Of a stretch of 64,000 nucleotides of DNA, positions 38,487-51,600 are shown in pieces. A model generated the notes under the pieces. The model worked only from the letters and a program-made list of their open reading frames with translations. It ran no database searches and was not told the origin of the DNA. Both the position numbers and the translations under genes were made by a program. Each line of letters opens with the position of its first letter. Position 1 is the stretch's first letter. Origin of the DNA: Octopus sinensis (lineage: Eukaryota). The DNA lies in assembly GCF_006345805.1 (NCBI RefSeq), contig NC_043003.1, forward strand, positions 58,032,001 through 58,096,000. The letters run 5' to 3'.

Positions 38487-38795
38487 GTAGGTGTGTAGCT
38501 TAACTGCTGGGGCATTTGGTTCACAATCATAAGACCATTAGTTTCATACTTGGCTGTGTGTTGCGTCCTTGAGCAAGACATTTCTTTCACATTGCTTGCC
38601 AAATTGAGTAGTACCTGCATTCCAACAAGCCAGCCTTGTCACATTCTGTGTCATGCTGAATCTCCCTGAGGACTCTGTTATGGGTACACGTGTCTGTGGA
38701 GTACTCAACCACTTGGACATTAATTTCATGAGCATGCTGTTCCATTGATCGGACCAGCTGCAACCTTCATCATCGTAACCGACAGAATGCCAGTT
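38487..38795 (+). mobile_element. Family C SINE
   Basis: Aligns with 28097-28428. Confidence 0.85.
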
Positions 38796-38934
38796 GTCAT
38801 TTAATTCTGTGTGTGTGCATACATATGTTATTGTCTCTTTGCTTTGACTTCACATGACAGTTTTAGACATGTATCAAAGCCATGCAAGCTGTACCCCTTG
38901 TTTCCATGGAAATATGTCTGGAGATGGGGAATTG

Positions 38935-39496
38935 TTGGGTTGTCTGGAAAGTTCGTGCCAATTTATAGTAGCTTACCTATCGACTTATTTTAGAACGTGG
39001 TTGAGTCCATAAAATAGGATTTGACTACCCCTCCATTTAGAGCACATTTTAAGCTATCTTTTCGTGGAAGAAGGTTTATGTTCCTATAACCTGTGTTAAT
39101 TCTGTAACCCTTTAAAATGTAAGATAAGAAAGTTCATTTTCGGCACTTGACGCTTTGGGAACCATACAAAAATTGCTGCAGCTCGGCTGGGATGTGTTAC
39201 CCCACCCTCCATATTCACCAGATATTGCTCCTTCGGATTTCCACTTATTCATGTCTCTGCAGAATGGTCTTAATGGTAAAAATTTCAATTCCTTGGATGA
39301 CATAAAAAGATACCTTGATGAATTCTTTGAAACCAGCTCAATTCTGGGAAGAGGCTATTTTCAAGTTAAAGGAAAGAATGAGACGCATTATGCAACAAAA
39401 TGGTTCATATTTGGTTGATTAAAAATGTAATGGCAAGTATTTATTGAGACTTTTTCTTTCCTTTAAAAATCAGCACAAACTTTCCGGACAACCCAA
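38935..39496 (+). mobile_element. Internally deleted mariner (IS630/Tc1/mariner, D,D34D-type) element
   Basis: 30-bp TIRs (38935-38964 / 39467-39496, 26/30 match), TA at the right end. The N-terminal M*DKKVHFRHL at 39117 is fused directly to a C-terminal fragment. Confidence 0.92.
39155..39418 (+). pseudogene. Mariner transposase C-terminal fragment
   Basis: LGWDVLPHPPYSPDIAPSDFHLF contains the mariner YSPDLAP(S)D signature; frameshifted near the end. Confidence 0.92.
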
Positions 39497-40236
39497 TATT
39501 TAGCTTACTTGAAAACTGGTTAGGGCCGGCAACAAAAAGGGCATCTCAAGTTATAGGAGTCTGCATCAACAAATTCCGTCTTATCCATGCAAGTATGGAA
39601 AGTTGGACATTAGATGATGTTGATGTAGATCGATGATGATGATGATAACGACGAGAATGGTGAAAGATGGCAATGATGACGATGATGACCATGATGATGA
39701 CGACAATGACAATGATGTTGACGATGACATTGACAACAATGATGACAACTGATGATGATGATGATGATGATGGTGGTGGCAATGATGGTGACGATGACGA
39801 CAACAATGGTGACGATGGCAATGATGACCATGATGATGACGACGATGACGTTGACAACAATACGATGACAGTGATGATGATGGCAATGATTGTGATGACG
39901 ACGGCGATAACGAAGATAATGATGACGATGATATATGTATTTCCAGCTTTTAATTAAACACTTGAGTGTTTATGTTTGTGTATGTTGTGTGCTTTTATTC
40001 TTGTCTTCTTATTACATCTCTACCCACCACCACCACCAACACCACCTCTAATTGCCTTACCCACGGTGCCAGTCTTACTTTAATTTCATTGTTTTATTAG
40101 AATTCTTGCAAGATCTGTTGATGTTCCTCTCCCCGCTACTGCTGCCAATGTTGTGTCGCCGTCTTCATGTTTTTACAACAGACACACGCACAAACACACA
40201 CTGTTGTTACAAGAGAAGGAATCTGTTTTGTGGGTG

Positions 40237-40347
40237 GGATTAAGATTAATCTAGCTCTAGATAATCCTACCCCTCTTACAATTGGCATTTTATTGCTTGC
40301 TAATATTGCCGGCCAGTAATCCGCTTTTGCTTGCATTTCACCAGATT

Positions 40348-40348
<1 letters not shown>
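40237..40348. promoter_or_regulatory. Cluster of six TAATCC/TAATCT (K50 homeodomain) motifs
   Basis: GGATTA 40237, AGATTA 40243, TAATCT 40247, TAATCC 40262, TAATCC 40317, AGATTA 40343. Confidence 0.4.
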
Positions 40349-40380
<32 letters not shown>

Positions 40381-40626
40381 GCCGGTTGAAACTTGGTCAT
40401 TTTCACAGTGGTGTGGAGAGATTGGTTGCTGTTTGTATTATGTTGTTCTGGTTAGATGTATGTGTGTGTGTGTTGCTGTGTGTGTGTGTCACTGTGTGTA
40501 TGCACGCACTTGTTTGCATGTGTGTGAGTGACAGCTGCAGACTGCTTTCTGTATGCATATGTATTTGAACATACATACATAAATACTTCCATACACACAA
40601 ACACATATTCATACATACACATGCAT

Positions 40627-40661
<35 letters not shown>

Positions 40662-41168
40662 CACACATATATATATACACACACACATATATATATACAC
40701 ATATGCACACGCACACGCACACACACACACACATATATATATGCATACATAAATGTGTATACTTCAACGCATGCATATTTCTGTTGGTTGCATAACTCCT
40801 TGTCTCTCCCCCTCTCTCTTTCCCTTCTTTCGTTCCTCTTCCTCTCACCACCCATCTCTCTCTCTCTCTCTCTCTCTCTTACTGTCTGTCTGTCTGTCTC
40901 TCTCTCTCCCTCCACCCTCTCCCCCTCTCTGCCCCTTTCTGTTTACGTCTGTAAGTAATTGTTTGTCTCTTCAATTTATAATTCGATAATAATGAAAAAT
41001 ACTGCGTAAAATTTTTAATCCTTTTCCTTGGGTTTTAAAAAGAAACAAAATTTATTACTATTATTATTATTATTATTATTATTATATTAAATTTAATCCT
41101 TTTGCAATGTAGATATTTGAAACTTGCAGAGACACACTCACGCACACTTATATACATGAATATACATT

Positions 41169-41226
<58 letters not shown>

Positions 41227-41489
41227 GTGTGTATACACACACAGGCATACAGAGAGCTTATGTCACTACATTGTGCTTCTGGCCCTTCTCAACATGTAAA
41301 ACAAGTCGGAGGCTTATACAGTCATGTTTTTAACTTCTAGTTTCTGATGTGTGTTTTTTCGTTTTTTTTTGAGTTTGCTCTAGCTAACAAGACTAAGGCC
41401 ATACTGGAGCTTTGATTTATGGGCATGTGTGTGTGTGTGTGTGTGTCTGTGTATGCATGCGTGCATTTTTAAGCCATAAATTGCATTTA

Positions 41490-41753
41490 TCTTCTGTTCT
41501 TTTTTGTGTTTCAATCATTAGACAGACTGTGGCCATGTCAGAACACTCGCTTTGAAGGGATTTCGGTCAAACAAATCAAACCCCAGTACTTACTGTTTTA
41601 AGACTGGTACTTATTTTAAAAAAAGTCTCTTTTGCCAAACTGCTTAGTTATGGGGATGTAAATAAACCAACACCAGTTGTCAAGCAACGGCGGTGGGTAC
41701 AAATGCAAAACACACATACACATATATTAACAAATACATACATACATGCATGC

Positions 41754-41788
<35 letters not shown>

Positions 41789-42065
41789 TATACATACAAG
41801 ATATATATGTATACATGCATATAGATTTATATGCATATATATATATATATATATAAATATACACACACATATAATGTATATACATAATACACACACACAC
41901 ACACGCACACATATATATATAGATGTACATACGACAGGCTTCCACACAATTTCCATCTCCCAAATTCACTCGAAATAATTGTTTGATCTCCTTGCCACAC
42001 AGTGGGCCAGAACCTAAAACCACACGGCCACAAAGCAAGCTTCCTAAACACACACCCATGCCTGG
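41490..42065 (-). mobile_element. Family A SINE with an expanded internal SSR (about 230 bp)
   Basis: Tail 41490-41705, SSR, head 41930-42065. Confidence 0.8.
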
Positions 42066-42555
42066 TCCGAAAAAATAAGAAGAAAAAAAAGAGAAATGAA
42101 AAAAATATAGTTCAGAACATAAATATATATACAAATAAAAATCAATATCCCTGGGATGCAAAAATGTATTTCTGTAATCTGATTGGCCCCCTCGAAACAG
42201 TCCATCCAGTGGCAGAGTTGGGTTACGAGCAGGAACAGAACAACTGAACACTAAGATTTATACAGATTAAATATACTAGTAGCAGTCAAGTCACAGGATA
42301 TTAAAACCTGGTAAAACATCATAAATTATGGTCTTCCCTCATATTTGGTGGCTGCTAATTCATGCGAATGCAATATCAAACATGCTACGAAAGCAATATT
42401 TTGGAGTTGTAAATATAGTTATTTGTCAAAATACATTAAGGAATAGAATCCTGAAGCAAGCAGGTAGGCTAGCTCTGAGAAGACCTCTCAATAAAACTAT
42501 TATTTTTATATGCACACATATACAAGAAGTCTGCTGTATATATATGTGTATATAT

Positions 42556-42790
42556 AAGGCGGCGTGCTGGCAGACTCGTTAGCGCGCCGGGCGAAATGCT
42601 TAGCGGTATTTCGTCTGTCGTTACGTTCTGAGTTCAAATTCCGCCAAGGTCGACTTTACCTTTCATCCTTTCGGGGTCGATAAATAAAGTACCAGTTTCG
42701 CACTGGGGAGTCGATGTAATCGACTTAATCCGTTTGTCTGTTCTTGTTTGTCCCCTCTATGTTTAGTCCCTTGTGGGCAATAAAGAAATA
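42556..42790 (+). mobile_element. Family B SINE, full length, CpG-rich (young)
   Basis: GGCGGCGTGCTGGCAGACTCGTTAGCGCGCCGGGCGAAATGC...; CpGs intact. Confidence 0.92.
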
Positions 42791-43009
42791 TATATGTGTG
42801 TGTCCTTTTTTCTGTGTTTGTCTCCCACAACCACTTGACAACCACTGTCGGTTTGTTTACATCCTCATAATTTAGCTGTTCAGCAAAAAAGACTGACTGA
42901 TAGAGTAAGATTCATTTGACTAAAAAAAATTTCAAGGTGTTGCTCCAGCATGGCCGCAGTCTAACGACTAAAACAAGACTAAAAGATATAGGTTTATATG
43001 TTTATTAGT

Positions 43010-43314
43010 ATGTTTGTTCCTTCTCGAGCCATGCCTGGCTCATAGGGTCTGTTTCCTGGTTTCCTTGGCATATAGGTTCCCCACTTGGACGGGACGCCGG
43101 TCCGTCACTGATGAGCTGCAAGATGCAGGAGGAAGGAGTGAGAGAAAGTTGTGGCAAAAGAGTCAGCAGAAGTTCACCATTACCTTCTGCCGGAACCACA
43201 TGGATCTTAGGTGTTTCACTCATAAACACACACATATCGCCCCGTCTGAGATTCGAACCCGCGTTCCCTCAACCGCAAGTCCGCTGCTCTAACCACTAGG
43301 CCATGTGCCTCCAC
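43010..43314 (-). mobile_element. tRNA-derived SINE with a V-domain-like core
   Basis: Head GGCACATGGCCTAGTGGTTAGAGCAGCGG...GGGTTCGAATCTC (A and B boxes), then GTGACGGACCGGCGTCCCGTCCAAG and an (AAAC)-like tail. Confidence 0.8.
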
Positions 43315-43488
43315 TGTTTATTAGTATACTGTGTCTTTATTGGATGCAGGCACAGCTTTCTTGTTGAGAAGGTGTCCCAACCATGTGTTTTCAGGTTCAG
43401 CCCCACCATGTGGCACTGTGAGCAAGTACCTTCTACCAAAGCCACCAGTCTGACCAAACCTTTACACACACACACACACATACACATA

Positions 43489-43800
43489 CATGACAAGGAG
43501 CATCTTTGAATTGCCGTCTATCAAATCCATCCAAAAGACTTTAGTTGACCTGTAGCTGCAACAGGAGATATTTGTTTAAAATATCATACAGTGGAACGGA
43601 AACAATAGCCATAGAGTTTGGTAGAGAATTTACTCACTCACACACACACATTTGCATGACAAGGAGCATCTTTGATTTGCCATCTACCAAATCTGTTCAC
43701 AAGACTTTAGTTGACCTGTAGAAGATATTAGTCCAAAATATCATACAGTGGAATAAAAACAATAGCTAAAATGTTAGCTAGAGAGAACTTACACACACAC
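43489..43800. repeat. Diverged tandem duplication (about 167 bp) of a decayed SINE segment
   Basis: CATGACAAGGAGCATCTTTGA and GACTTTAGTTGACCTGTAG each occur twice. Confidence 0.85.
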
Positions 43801-44074
43801 ACACACACATATGAGTGTGTGTTTGTGTGTGTATGTGTGTGTGTTTTATGTTTACATTTACATTTCATTGCTTGGTCCCAGGCAGTGATAGTGGTGTCAT
43901 TTCCCATGTCAAAGGGTCATTTGCTTGCTTTGCACCTTCAAAGACATGGAATATGATACCCCTTGCTAGGAAAACATGTAAGGGTTAGTGATGGGAAAGG
44001 CATTATCATAATGGCTTGGTATATTAATTTATCCCATGCTATTTAATATGCAAAAGCAAATGTGTATATATGTG

Positions 44075-44593
44075 TGCGTGTGGTAAGAAGCTTGCTTCCC
44101 AACCACATGGTTTCAGGTTCAGTCCTACTGCATAGCACCTTGGGTAAGTGTCTTCTACTATAGTTTCAGGCCAACTAAGGCCTTGTGAGTGAATTTGGTT
44201 GATGGAAGCTGAAAGAAGCCTGTTGTATATGTGTGTATTTGTGTGTCTATGTATGTCCCCCCTGCCATCACTTGACAACTAATGTTGGTGTGTTTACATC
44301 CCTGAAACTTAGCAGTTCCAAAAAAAGAGAACTGATAGAATAAGTACTAGGCTTACAAAGAATAAGTCCTGTGGTCAATTTGTTCAACTAAAGGAACTGC
44401 TCCAGCATGGCTCCAGTCAAATGACTAAAAACGAGTAAAAGAATAAAAGAAATTAGCAGTTTGGCAAAAGTGACCGATAGAATAAGTACCAGGCTTAAAA
44501 GAATAAGTCTAGGGGTTGGTTTCTTCGACTGAAAGGTGGTGCTCCGGCATGGCCACAGTCGAAATGACTGAAACAAGTAATAGAATAAAAGAA
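44075..44593 (+). mobile_element. Family A SINE with a duplicated 3' module
   Basis: The TTAGCAGTT...CTGAAACAAGTAA module occurs twice in tandem. Confidence 0.85.
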
Positions 44594-44699
44594 TATGTTA
44601 CTGTTTATATACTTTCTTTCTCTATTCCTCTCTCTCTCTCTCTGGAATCCACACTGTCCATTTCCATTCAGTTCTAATGTCCAACCGTTTTAGCCTCTT

Positions 44700-44960
44700 A
44701 TGTGTTCGGCTCAACCAATAAGGCCGTGCTTTGACTATGGCAGTGGCAGTAACTTCGGTTGGTCGGGGTGAGCGAAGAGATCTAACTAGAAGCGAAGGCA
44801 TGTATGGCGGTGGGACGGAGATGAGGGGCTGGAGGCGGGGGTGGGTGGGTTTTGGTGTTAATAAATATAAGTGTCACAACCATAGCGACAATGATGAATG
44901 GTCTGCAATTTTAAAAGCAGCTTGTAGGAGAGAAGATTATCCTTGGCTCCATGGTGAGAC
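44700..44960 (+). promoter_or_regulatory. Promoter-like region with a possible first exon
   Basis: Local CpG enrichment, CCAAT 44715, GGCGGG 44834, TATAA 44866, ATG|GTGAGA donor at 44951-44959. Confidence 0.3.
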
Positions 44961-45899
44961 GGGAAGAATGGGAAAAGTTCACCCCTCTCTCTCTCTCTCA
45001 TCTTTCTCTTTCCCCTCTATTCTACTTTCTGGCTCCCTCACTCGTGCTCTCTGTCTCTCTTTCTTTCCTGATTTCTCTCTCTCTCTTCCCCTTTCTCTCT
45101 TTTCTATTTTCTGTCTCCCTCTCTTTCTCTCTCTATCCCACTTTCTTTCTTGTGTTCTCTCTCTCTTTCTTGCACACTCTCTGTTTCTCTCCCCCCTCTC
45201 TCTCTATTCTACTTTCTGTCTCCCTCTCTATCGCACTCTCCTCTCTCCATTGCTTTCTCTCTCTCTCTCTCCCTCACTCCCTCTCACCCCTTCCCCTCAT
45301 CCCCTCCTTCTCTTGCCCCGCCACCACCACCAACCCTCTCCCCAAGAACCAGGTGTTGTGTAACTGTGTGTAACTCCCCTGCATCCCTGCAACACACTGC
45401 GTTCCTTCGTTCCTTTTCCTTAATTGTGGTCTTTCATTAGATTTCTCTCATGGTTAATGTCTTACAAACACACCTGTCACTCAGCAGATTATTTCAGTTC
45501 TGTCCAATCGAGGGGGCGGGGGGGAGGGTTACAATCAACACTTGGCTAGCTGTTGTCCTCCTACTTCCTAGTAGACATTACATAGCTGGCAACCCTCCAC
45601 CCCCACCCCCACTGACCACAATCAACACCACCACCACCACCATCAGAGCTGCTCTCTATGTTAATCACGAATTATACATGTGGCGATGTTTTCCCATGCA
45701 ATAGAGAAATGGACACATGCACATTCATATATGAAGTACAGAATACACACACACACACATACACATGTACACACTTATACTCACACACATACGCATATAC
45801 ACACTTATGCTCACATATACACATTTATGTATACAAAGCATACTGGCATGGAATTGCCTCAGTTGCACTCACATGCATGCAGACACTGAGGCGTGCATA

Positions 45900-46330
45900 G
45901 TCATCATCATCATCACCATCATTTAATGTCCATCTTCCATGCATGCATGGGTTGGATGGTTTGACAGGAGCCAGCCAGATGGAAGACTGCACCAGACTTC
46001 TGTGTCTGTTTTGGCATGGCCTTTTATGGCTGGGTGCCCTTCCCAACACCAACCACCGTGCAGATTGGACTCAGTGTTTTATACATGGCACCAGCACAGG
46101 TGAGGTCAGTTTTGGTATGGTTTTTACACATGGATGCCCTTCCTAACACCAACCACCACACAGGTTGGACTGAGTCCTTTTTACATTGCACCAGCACAGG
46201 TGAGGTCAGTTTTGGCATGGCTTTTACAGCTGGGTACCCTTCCTATCATCAACCACATGAGTGCTTTTTACACAGCACCAGCACAGACAAAGTCGGTTTC
46301 GGAATGGTTTTTACAGCCTGATGCCCTTCC
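45900..46330 (-). mobile_element. Family D SINE with a 4x reiterated central domain
   Basis: TTGG(C/T)ATGG...CCCTTCC units at about 46011, 46112, 46212 and 46299. Confidence 0.85.
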
Positions 46331-47026
46331 TGATAACAAGCAAACCCAGCAGAATAGCAGTCAAAAATGTAAAAAAACACAAGTAGCTGGGATGCTAGTT
46401 TTTTAGTATTAAACTGAAGATTGTCCAATAGGTAGATTTACATTGATCAGTATTGACAAATTTTGGGGCAAATTATCATCATTATCATTTTGATGTCCAC
46501 TTCTCCATGCTTACATGAGTCCGATGGAGGTTGTTGAGCCAAGATTTTCTACAGCCTGATGGCCTTCCTGTTGCCAATTCTCACCCGTTTCCAAGTAAGG
46601 TAATATTTCCTCTTTGGCTGGACATGGTTTCCCAGAAGACTGGAGATGAAGGTTACTTGCATACCTCTGCACACGCTGTCAAGACAAGGAGACATCTGTA
46701 CACATGCACACACAAACACATATGCACACACAAACACATATGCACACATACACACATGCACACATTAAATACGGGAGCTTCCATTTTGTGAAAGTATGAC
46801 TATTGTAAGGGTGGTCAACCAGAACACACACACTCACCACCACACACACACTCACCACCACACACACACTCCAGAATCACTACAGCCACTGACAAAACTA
46901 ATAGAACATCTAACACTACTACCCAAACTGCACCTAATACCAATACTACTGCTACATTGACTACTGCCATAACAATCACCATTACCAAAACCTCAACCAA
47001 CAGTCATATACAAACCTCTGTGTGTG

Positions 47027-47217
47027 TTCTCTTTTACTTGTTTCAGTCATTTTGACTGTGGCCATGCTGGAGCACCGCCTTTTTGTCGAACAAATCGACC
47101 CCAGTACTTATTCTTTAGGAGCCTAGGACTTATTTTATCGGTCTCTTTTGCTGAACCGCAAAGTTACAGGGACGTGAACACACCAGCATCAGTTGTCAAA
47201 CGATGCTGGAGGGACAA

Positions 47218-47258
<41 letters not shown>

Positions 47259-47425
47259 CACGACGGGCTTCTTTCAGTTTCTGTCTACCAAATCCACTCA
47301 CAAGGCTTTGGTCGACCCGAGGCTATAGTAGAAGACACTTGCCAAGGTGCCACACAGCGGGACTGAACCCGGAACCATGTGGTTCGTAAGCAAGCTACTT
47401 ACCACACAGTCACTCCTATGCCTAG
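47027..47425 (-). mobile_element. Family A SINE, full length
   Basis: Complete, low divergence. Confidence 0.92.
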
Positions 47426-47614
47426 TTTGTATATATAATTTATCTCATTGTGTCTTCAACAGAAAAATCCACATCAAGTACCTTGCAAACTAAATACAAA
47501 AATGAAGTGTGTGTGTATATATATATATATACACACACACACTCATATATATAAAATGATGATGATACACATAGCTATATACTTCTATATATATATATAT
47601 ATCTACTTACATAG

Positions 47615-47661
<47 letters not shown>

Positions 47662-47698
47662 CATACATACATATCTAATATATATACATACATACACA

Positions 47699-47744
<46 letters not shown>

Positions 47745-47816
47745 CATACATCTATATATACATACACATCTATATGTATATATATACATACATACACATC
47801 TATATATATATACACA

Positions 47817-47849
<33 letters not shown>

Positions 47850-50027
47850 GCATGCATACATCTATGTGTGTGTGTATACATATATGCATACATATGCATG
47901 TGTGTGTGTGTGTAGGTTGTCTATCCACTCCATGCCACACTGAGGGGATAATAAGTAACTGAGCCTCTTAAGAACAATCAAGAAATCAATCATAATTTTA
48001 AAGAAATAGATAATCCTTTATAATAATTGATCTCAAATTTTACATTGTCTTAACAATTTCTGCACATACTTAGTACATACACGTGTGTTGCATGTGTGGA
48101 TATATGCGAGTGTATGTATGTATGCCTGTACGTTTGTATCTGCGTAAACATACACACACACTTACATACACATGCACACGTATATACATGTCTTTGTCAT
48201 CATTGCCAACATCATTGACAGCAGTGGTAACTGCATTGTTCATGAATAAGTAAAGGAAGAAATAAAATGATTGATTGTTGAATCTAATGTCGGTCATACA
48301 AGCCGTGGTAACGGTGGCAGTGATGGTGGTGGAGGCTTTTATCCCCGGTTAACAACGATCAAGCAGACCTTTGATTAGAGCCTTCCCGCCATGACTCATA
48401 CGCCTCTAAGATTATACAGGACTATACTTATCTGATGTGCCCCGACTATTTTTAGATATGGGATTTGAAAGACTTTTGGTTATTAACATTGCTTTCCCTC
48501 TTCTGCTGCTTCCTCTGGCTGCTACCTTCTGCTTTTCCTTACCCTTGTCATCTTTAATCCTGCATCCCCTCTTATTGTCAAAGATCTTCTAACCATGACT
48601 ATTTTGTTTCCATTCATAGTATATCTAAGACTTTTCATTTTTGTGGGAGGTTTCTTTAAGATTTGAGGATGTGATTTGAGGAAGATTCGACTGTTTTTTC
48701 TTGCAGGCCTAGTTACCACCTAGCTCAAGGGCAGAGGTGATAGACAGATAGGTGGATGTTACATACCCATCAATCAAACTTCCTCAGTCCTGGTGTGAGA
48801 AACTTAAAGAATAAAGGAAAAAAAACAAGAAAGTTTCAGATAGACTAAAGAGATAAAATGGAATTAGATGGTCTAGTTTTTTTTTTTTTCCTGTCTTTTC
48901 TTCTTTTTTTTTTTTTAAGGGATTTTTTTCCCCTCCATCCATCAATTGATAGAATTGAAATGTATCATCCATTAATGCTTACAGAAATTGAAGAAGGTGA
49001 TTGGAGATTTTCTCTTCCTATCAGCTAAGAAACTCCTGTGGGTTGCTATAAATGAAATTTGGAATCGAGGGACGCCTCAGAAACCAACTATTCTTGCCTT
49101 ATATTTGTTGAGGTTTTTTTGTTTCTTTTTTTTTTGTGTAAGGAAAGAAATGGTTTTTTCTAGTTTTTTTTTTTTTTTTTGACTTTTTCTCATTAACCCT
49201 TTCTTTGTATGTAGTGATCTTACATGGCCAGAACTGTTATGACTTGTGATATATTAAGAGGTTTTATACGTGGGGGATACAGTTTTTTTTAAAACTAGTT
49301 ATTGAATCATAGAATTGTTGTACAGGTGATATGAAGTTTGTATGTGTCTGTGTATATATATAAAGGATTTATAGGACTGCAAAAAAAAGTGTTTAGAAAA
49401 CAAACATCAAATTCGGATTAACGACTTTATATAACACCACGCTTCCATACATTTCATCATATATAAACATTGCCATGGCCTTCAACATACAAAAGGAATA
49501 CATATATAAAAGCACAGAAGGTAAAAAGTATATATGCACATAAAAATACGAAATATATAGAAAGGCCTATTGAGGAAAGGTATATACAAATTGACTAAAA
49601 CAAGTAATCAAAATGAATTACTAAAGCATGTCAAGTGACTAAAAAGACTAAAAAATATCAATTGACTAAAAAAATTTTTTTACTCCCCTCAATTAAAGAT
49701 ATATCAAAATATATACATACATACATATGATGGGCTTCTTTCAGTTTCCGCCTACCGAATCCATTCAGAAGGCTTTGGTCAGCCTGAGACTATAACAGGA
49801 GGCACTTGCCCAAGGTGCCACGCAGTGGGACTGAATTTGGAACTATGTGGTTGGGAGGCAAGCTTCTTACCACACAGCCATGTGTATATATAAAGGTGGC
49901 AAGTTGGTAGAATTGGTCAGCATGCTGGGCGAATATGCTTAGATGCTTATCTTGCCTTTCGTCCATCTTTACATTTCAATATATGTATGTATGTATGTGT
50001 TTATGTATGTATGTATGTGTAAGTGTA

Positions 50028-50058
<31 letters not shown>

Positions 50059-50839
50059 TTATATATACATACATGCATACGTACATACATATACATGTAT
50101 GTATATATTTCTGTGTGTATCTATCTTTGTGTGTGTCCCATTACTTGACAACCAATGCTGGTGTGTTCAGGTCCCCATGCCTTAGCAGTTCAGCAAAAGA
50201 GACTGATAAAATAAGTACTAGGCTTACAAAGAATAAGTACTGTGGGTCACTTACTTCGACTAAAAAACCCTTTAAGGCAGTGCTCCAGCATGGCCCCAGT
50301 CAAATAACTGAAGCAAGTAAAAGAATAAAAGGATACATGTGCAACATGGTGCCGGAAAGTCTCTGGCTTTGGGTAAAAGAAAATACCGGATGATCAGTGT
50401 TTGTGTCTTCCGTCTTGATGTTTGCGTGTTAGCCATAAGCAAAATCACCACTCATTATAAACGGTATTATTTAGTTGCAGTCTTCCGTGGAAACATCAAA
50501 GCCATTGAGCTGTTTATTGATTGAAGGACCAGGAGAAATCTTACATTGCTTAGAAGCAGGTGAAGAAAGATGGTGACCAGAAGACCAACTGGCCATAACA
50601 AAAAAAAATATTTTTTTAAACCTGCCTTAACAAGTTTTGTCCAACCCATGGAAGCATGAAAAAGTAGATGTTAAAAAGAACCCTAACAACAACAATATGG
50701 TAACCAACAGTGATGATGATGATGACAATGGTACAGGCCAGGCATGAGCAACCTTCTTTGAGAAGTCAGTTGCATGAGAGCTAGATCATCATCATCATGA
50801 TCATCATCGTCATCATCATAAAAACAAAGAAATTGTATC

Positions 50840-51185
50840 TTTTATCTTGTTTCAGTCATTAGATAGCGGCCATGCTAGGGCACCACGTTGAGGAACTTGT
50901 GTTCTCACTAAGCCTGGTACTTATTCTATTGGTCTCTTTTGCCAAACTGCTAAGTTATGGGGACATAAATACACCAACACTGGTTGTTGTCAAGTGGTCA
51001 TGGGGGACAAACACAGACACAAAGACACACTTATACACCGGGATTCTCTCAAGTTTCCATCCTCCAAATCCACTCACAAGGCTTTGGTCATCCCAAAGCC
51101 ATATTACAAGAGATACCGACCCAAGTTGCTACGCAGTGGAAGTGAACCTGGAACCATGTGGTTGGGAAGCAAACATGGTTCCGGT
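50840..51185 (-). mobile_element. Family A SINE lacking most of the internal SSR
   Basis: Tail and head are joined by only a short ACAC stretch. Confidence 0.8.
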
Positions 51186-51555
51186 TAATTTTTCATTAAG
51201 CGAACCATTTAGAAAGTCCCACAGGTTGCCCTTGACTGATATGGGTCAACTGGTAAAGTCCTTCAAACATGGCATAGAATGCTTTTGAACTTTGCATTCT
51301 TGGGTTCAAATCTCATCAAAGTTAACTTTGCCTTTTATCTTTCCATTGTGAAGTGGGTCAATAAATAAACTACTGGGGTAGTAACATAGATTGGGGGGTG
51401 GACAAAGGGTGGCAGTTTGTTGGGTGGGGGTAACACTTTTGTGTTTGCTGTATAAACCTATATATGGTTTCAAGGCCTAGGGTGGCATGGAGGTGTGGAA
51501 AACTGAAGGGCTGCCCTAGGAGGCACATATTCTAGGTACACCACTATACTTCCTC

Positions 51556-51600
<45 letters not shown>

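Noticed and set aside
43108-43135. Second hammerhead (CTGATGAG-CTGCA-AGA-TGCAG)
   Set aside because: It has CUGAUGA and a stem but no following GAAA or stems I/III; it is the antisense of a SINE body.
43240-43314. tRNA gene
   Set aside because: It has A/B boxes but continues into a SINE body and lacks a proper acceptor stem and terminator; the same applies to all other tRNA-like heads.
44731-45363. 210-aa ORF
   Set aside because: Half is (CT)n-derived and the rest has no recognisable domain; better explained as regulatory or low-complexity DNA.
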